Source of the DNA: Tubulanus polymorphus
Lineage: Eukaryota > Animalia > Nemertea
Assembly (NCBI RefSeq): GCF_964204645.1
Contig: NC_134027.1
Location: 9,642,485 to 9,706,484 of the forward strand
Reading direction: 5' to 3'
DNA length: 64,000 bases
The notes under the pieces are model-generated. The model worked only from the letters and a program-made list of their open reading frames with translations. It was not told where the DNA came from and made no database searches. Numbering within the stretch: the first letter of the stretch is position 1; each line of letters begins with the position of its first letter. This document shows, piece after piece, positions 58,140 to 64,000 of this stretch. Position numbers and translations under genes: made by a program.

Positions 58140-61100
58140 TTGATTCCTATATCTAATGCACGTATCGTTATTTAGTTCTGATATCATTGCATACTGATTT
58201 TTGATATTTCGTCGTTTTATGTTGTACATATATATTCGGAAAATTAGCATTATTGAAAAGAAATATGATTCGCGAAATCTGCTATGGAAGCCCATTTACT
58301 CATCTTTTTTCTGAATCGAAATTACGTATGTCACTCTTCAGAAAGAATCTTGTAAACGCGATCGCAATAATTCAAAACTTTTTCCTTTTACGATCATAAT
58401 CTCAATGGTAATATATACGTAGGGCGTGGGAAGTGTATTTACTTAGATCTAAAATATTCGTGTATACTGATATTTGATCGCGATGACCGTGTACTTAATT
58501 CGTTTTGCACACAATGCGTAATATTGATATAGATAATCAATCGGTTCAACGAGATGCCTAAATACGAATCGTAAACACAGGTGACATTTTACAGAAATTG
58601 AGACTATCGCAAAAAGCGAGTCTTATCGATAGGCCGAATGATGAGTACTGCAAGAATATTTCGAAATCGTCAAAATTGACCGGACACAAATGGCAACTCG
58701 GGGGGGGGGGCGATTTATTTATACATTGTAATGTATAATTTTGTCCCCGTACCGATAATCTCAATCAGAATCCTGTTTCACTGTCCGTCAGAATTATTAG
58801 GTTATTTCATCTGACTCCAAAATTCAAAATTCAAACCCGAGTGGCTGCAGTGTGTAAAGCCGGTGGATATATTTGGTTTGGAAGTAGTCGCAAGTTTGGC
58901 ATTTTTCTAGAAAATTTACCACAGTATATGTGGGCATGTGGTATAAACGTGTTTGCGGTCGGTGGATGAAATGCAGCTGGCGATATCATAAAAGCGTACT
59001 TGATTTTTCGTTGTTGCTGTGTGTCGAAACTCAAAAACATATTTTCATAACGTTTCGAAGATTCAGTGCACAGAGAATTATAGTAATCCTCTTTCCGCGG
59101 TTTTCGCTTTTCGAATTTTATGATATGTTGTAGCAGGATTGTCGTGTCGAGTGCACCTTCACCTGTGCCGTTGTCGAGTCGAGAGGACTTACTTGCGATA
59201 TAATCTTCTCCGCGCAAATTTAATATATTAACTGGCGTTATCGAACCCCTCAACAACTAGTCTTTGCGACATGTGTTTTAGTGCAGCGCATATGAAGATT
59301 ACACTACAACATTATGTGTGTGTACAATATGACTTAGTGTCCAATTATACAATCTGCATTCTAAGTCATCTATTTTTTCGAGTTCATCAAATACTGCTGA
59401 ACGACGGTTCTTATTTGTTTTCGAAATTATTGATAGAATGTCATTTCACTTAGTCAGTCATTGCCCCTATACTCTTCGGGTAGTCCTTCTTTAACATCGA
59501 ATTAGCGAAAGGAAATAACAACTTGGTACATATTGCCATCGACGGATTGTTGGATATTTTGCTATCGCAAACGCGGTAATTAGTAAAAGTCCTAACCAGA
59601 TAAATTTGATGGCGCTATTATACCCGGTTGTATCGACCGGATGGAAAACTTGAGAGAGGTTAACGCCAACTACATCATTTTCGTTAATGAGGCCGCGGAC
59701 GGTGTTTTTGATCAGCGGTAACTTCGTCGAATCGTCCACGCCTCTCTCATACGAGTCGAATTAAATAGTGATTAAACATGAAAAGAAAAGAACGCGGCAA
59801 AGGTGAGACTTTCTCTCGGCTTGCTGGTTATAGCGAAGAAGCCGGGCACGGCGGTCATAATTATCGACGTTGTTACAACGTCGTGCGAGTTCGTAACGGG
59901 CGTGGTCACGTGATTATCACCGCAGCATGCCGTCCCTTGGATACTGACGGCCGCTGCTGGTTGTTTGGTAATGATCCATTGACGAAGTGTTAATTCGTTG
60001 AATACTGTTGTAAATATTGCCCGTTTGTTTGCCATTTAGCACTGGCAAGCTCAAACTGATGGTTGCCCTGCGATCGTGTTCTCCGTCGGTCTATATATCA
60101 TATTAGCGACCTTCTTTGTGATTCGGAAGAAAGTGGTTCTCCGCGGGGGCTACTTTCATCATTGCGCAATTAACGATGAATTTACAAACATTTCTATTAA
60201 CGGTGATCATGGCGGTGGCGACCATACTGTTTCGGCTTGATGTAATCTAAACAAATGACCTTTGTCTTCCCATTTTGTCCATAACGGTAAAAAGCCCAAA
60301 GAAAAAGGCTACAGCGGACAATCAAGCATACTTGCAAAAAAGGATAGATTTTTAACGGAATCAACCTCAATTTTGCCATATATACTTTATAATCACTTTC
60401 AAGTAAGTTACCAGGGGCCGATCGCTCAAATGTTGGTTAGAGCTAACCAGTAGATAGTTAACATAGCGACAATGCTAAGTTCATTGTTAATACGGTATTT
60501 TTCTGCCTGTTATCTCTGCCCAGTCTGTTTCAAATTGCTTTCAAATCGCATTTGAACTGGACTTCGTTTAGGATACCTGCGCTACATGAATGATATTCAT
60601 TATCTAATATAAATCATTTTAGAATTAAGAAAAAACTTTTAAGCGACCGAACACACCCACATAACTTTGAGTTCCAATGCACGCACATTTTGTATACATC
60701 AAAAAAATTTGTTCATATGCATTCTTTATATTTTTATAAAAAGTATCACGCTATCCATTAAGATATATTTATTAACAAAACTTGCGAACGAAAGACACCA
60801 CTTCCGGAAGACACGTAAATAATCGATGATAACGCAATGAAGATGATCTGTATTTCTATTCCCCGATGTGCTCATTATAAATACAAACAATACTAAAACG
60901 TTTATTTAACAGAGAATAGGTAAAGATAATGATAACGACTGGTTTGAGTACCGAATCGAAACATTGAAGATAAACAACAATGGGTTAATCAATGGTCGGA
61001 TTTGGGACGATCAAAGGTTTACGCAGATGCGTCGGAACTCCCCTTTGCCGGACGATTCATACGCGATGATGCAAAATGGCCAGTTTCGAGTACGCTGACA

Positions 61101-63424
61101 CCTAGCTGAAGAGTCTCTCGAGACGGGGTTACAGAAACCTTACACAAAACGTTAAAGACCCCCGACTCGTTATCGGTTAGACAATAAGATGTACGAGTGA
61201 GTCTCGTGTGTATTCGATAATCTTTTCACGATCGTACGAGGGAGGAAGAAGTCGTTTGGAAATTATGCAATTCTACACCTTTCATTAAACGCTTGGGCGG
61301 GTGAGGTAAATCGGTAGAGAGATACATATATAGATGGCCAGGAAGATGAGTGATGATCTTTGCATTGTGTTTCGATCACTTGAATGTTTCCGCGCGATAA
61401 CAAGGCTCCGGGGACGACTCGCGAACAACGCCCCCCTCGCCTAATTATAGGTGTCATCCCTATTGTCTATTGTAATTTAGAAAACGGTTATACGTTTTGT
61501 ATTTTCGATGACAATCTGTTCCGATAGCCGCGATCCTCCGACGCCCCGGGCGCTGACGTAAACACGGTACCACGTGGGCTGAATGGCCGAGTGCGGTCGT
61601 GAAAACGATATATCGCATTTAAATCCGGTCGGATTTGGCTTATAACGAAAGGTTGCACATTGTAAAAAGATTCGTTTGTCGAATCGGGAATGTTATTCTG
61701 TCCGTTTTTGGCTTTCTATGTCCGACGTACACTGAGGCGTGAAATATACTGGTGTTCAAAATACAGTAATGTCAGCAATTATGGGTTACCCACCAACTGT
61801 GTTCTTGCATTCGAAAATCTTCATTTTACTGAATAAATTCTATTATCATAGAAATTGTTGGCAATTGAGCAGGACAGTTTTGCCCTCAGGCCAAATGTAC
61901 CAGGGCTCTAACCTATTGCTCGCCCATTAAACGTTCTTATTCCAAAACTGGATTATGATTGTGCGAGTGTGTTGTGTAGGTATCTAGTGTTCTTTATGTT
62001 GAACTACGTATTCAGACATCGCAAATAAAAGCCACCATAGGTGCCAGCAAAAATGCTTGTACCTCATCGGATTTCCTTTTATGCAATCTACATTTAACTG
62101 GCACAATTTCTTTACGGCCTTTCAAAAACCATTGAACGCGCGATCTATTCCCTCCCATATCTTTTCGACATCGTTCTTTTTGCTTGTAAACGAACGTACG
62201 TATATATTCTTGATTTAAAAAAGACGCTCTAAACGAGGAAAAAGAATTAAGATACTATACGCCCAGAAATGGATAAAATGCGAAGAAACATGTCATTTTG
62301 TTATCAGCGATCGAATTTTAGTTTTCATTTTTGTTTTTGCGTCTTCGTTGCGTGAGATTTGATCAATCTTTCCGGTTTCCAAATACTTTTTATTCAATAT
62401 GAAGTCAGAGCCCATATGATTCAACTTGGTAGATTTTCTTTCGTCATGATATCTGTCTGCTGTATGTCTCCGCAACTGGTGAGTGGCCGTTTCGCGACAT
62501 GTCGTTTTGCACACGGTTTTTCGAGAGAGTTCTGCAACCTTTCCGCGCGAACAGATCATTGAATACGCCCCGTTATCGCGACGGTCGCTCCGCCTTTTCT
62601 GTCACGCATTGTCCTACGTCGAAATCAGCATATGAAACGACGGCGAACGATTTGAGCAGTGAATGCGCGGTCGTCACAGCGTGTCAACACTGCCGATGCG
62701 CTGATTCGCTGCCATCGTAGAAAAAAATTGATCATTCACAGCAAAGATCTAATTCAGCCGGCGTTTAGGCCTATCGCAGGGCAGGCAGAGGGTTGGTTTT
62801 TGTCTGTTTATGCTAGACTGCCAAATGGTGATTAAGCCCAAAGTTTATTAAGCGCTTTATATGCGGTGTCATCCTCATTTGCAGGCAGCAAATAAAACGA
62901 GTTAGACTAGGGATGAGCAAGAAGAAGTTTACTCTATACCGATTCATATAACAATACGTAACTATCGGCTTCGTATATAGCGAAAAGGTTATCACAGACA
63001 CTTTCCAGGTAAGATATATCAATCATTTTATTTCAAAGTATATTCTTTTCAATAGATTTGTTGTCGTTTATCATTTAAATCTTACAAAAATAGCGGCAAC
63101 AACGAAAATACTCGATGCGACTAGTTCTGAATTGTGCTTTTCACTTTTGTGCTTTTGGCAATTTTGCAATGCTTCCCTTGTAATCCATATATTCTTATTA
63201 CAAATTAGTACTTTCACAATTCAAGCACGTTTTCTTACATTTTGCGAAGGATTTGCTCAATCGACATCGGTTTCAAGCACTTCGCACGCATATTCATTGT
63301 TCGTTTTTGTCACGAACGACACCTTGCGGTGTAATGTACAATGATGTAGTATATACGTATTCGCGTTTAACGTTGACGTTTCTGATGTTTGGCCGAATTT
63401 ATTGTGTTTTACAGACAGCTGGCG

Positions 63425-64000
63425 ATGAGAGAAGTGGACGATCACGACCAAAGGATGTCCTCGTCACCGGATTTGCAGGATACATCAAGCATGGACCACT
63501 GCGACTCGCCAATACGGGTAGATTCGCCCGATCCGACCGACGATGACGTGCCGAAAAGTACCCGTCATGACAGTCCACCGGCGCAAACTTCACCGCCGCC
63601 GAGAACCGAGCGTATATCACTGGCGTTTTCTATCGAGAGGATCATGGAACCTACGCCGAAACGATCGCCGCCCCAGCGTGAACTATCGCTGCGGTCCGTC
63701 GTGGACGATTTCAAACGTAAAATGCAGGAACCGTCGTCGATGGGCTTCCCACCGGTTTTAGGGATCCCTGCACCGAACATTGCCACAGCGTTTCAACTGG
63801 GCGTTTACAACGACCAACACAGACCGGGACATTATCCATCGCCGAGGGACTTACAGGATGCTATGAAGTACTTTCCGTACATGCATCCTGCGTTTCTTAT
63901 AGGAGGACTCAGCGAATACAATGCCAACCTATTTCGCCATTACTCAAACTTACAATTGAATGGATTAAGCGCTTTCACAGGTACTAAAGAAAAGACAAAT
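63425..64000 (+). CDS. Fezf: 5' coding region of a probable Fez-family (Fezf/earmuff) zinc-finger repressor; continues beyond the window
   Basis: Open frame of 192 codons to the window edge: MREVDDHDQRMSSSPDLQ...RISLAFSIERIMEPTPKRSPP...MKYFPYMHPAFL. LAFSIERIM is the eh1 (Groucho-binding) motif as I recall it from FEZF1/2. The zinc fingers are not visible, so another eh1 transcription factor is possible. Confidence 0.72.
   Translation, partial: MREVDDHDQRMSSSPDLQDTSSMDHCDSPIRVDSPDPTDDDVPKSTRHDSPPAQTSPPPRTERISLAFSIERIMEPTPKRSPPQRELSLRSVVDDFKRKMQEPSSMGFPPVLGIPAPNIATAFQLGVYNDQHRPGHYPSPRDLQDAMKYFPYMHPAFLIGGLSEYNANLFRHYSNLQLNGLSAFTGTKEKTN

Noticed and set aside
58831-60035. ORFs of 82-141 aa upstream of the Fezf-like gene
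   Set aside because: Mostly non-ATG starts, no motifs and no splice structure; more likely non-coding regulatory DNA.
61106-61135. Second hammerhead-like motif CTGAAGA-GTCTC/GAGAC
   Set aside because: The required GAAA after stem II is missing (GGGG instead).
61575-61610. tRNA-like A-box TGGCCGAGTGCGGT
   Set aside because: No T-arm (GTTCRA) or acceptor stem follows.

Overview
AT-rich, intron-containing animal genomic DNA, probably from a marine invertebrate (lophotrochozoan-like; the taxon is an inference). The first ~32 kb is gene-rich. It holds the 3' end of importin-4, including a U12-type minor intron, and a 12-exon IL-17-receptor-like (SEFIR) gene on the minus strand, head-to-head with a 12-exon prolyl 4-hydroxylase alpha gene. 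Next come a complete Helentron-associated (HINE-like) element, an intronless divergent SLC18-like MFS transporter, an 8-exon divergent alpha-tubulin and a small two-exon LRR single-pass membrane protein. About 31 kb with no convincing gene follows, ending in the 5' coding part of a probable Fez/Fezf zinc-finger gene (eh1 motif LAFSIERIM) that the ORF track misses. Several MITE families and a hairpin carrying a hammerhead-ribozyme-like core are scattered through the window. All gene models were spliced by hand and checked for frame; family assignments rest on motifs I recall, not on database searches.
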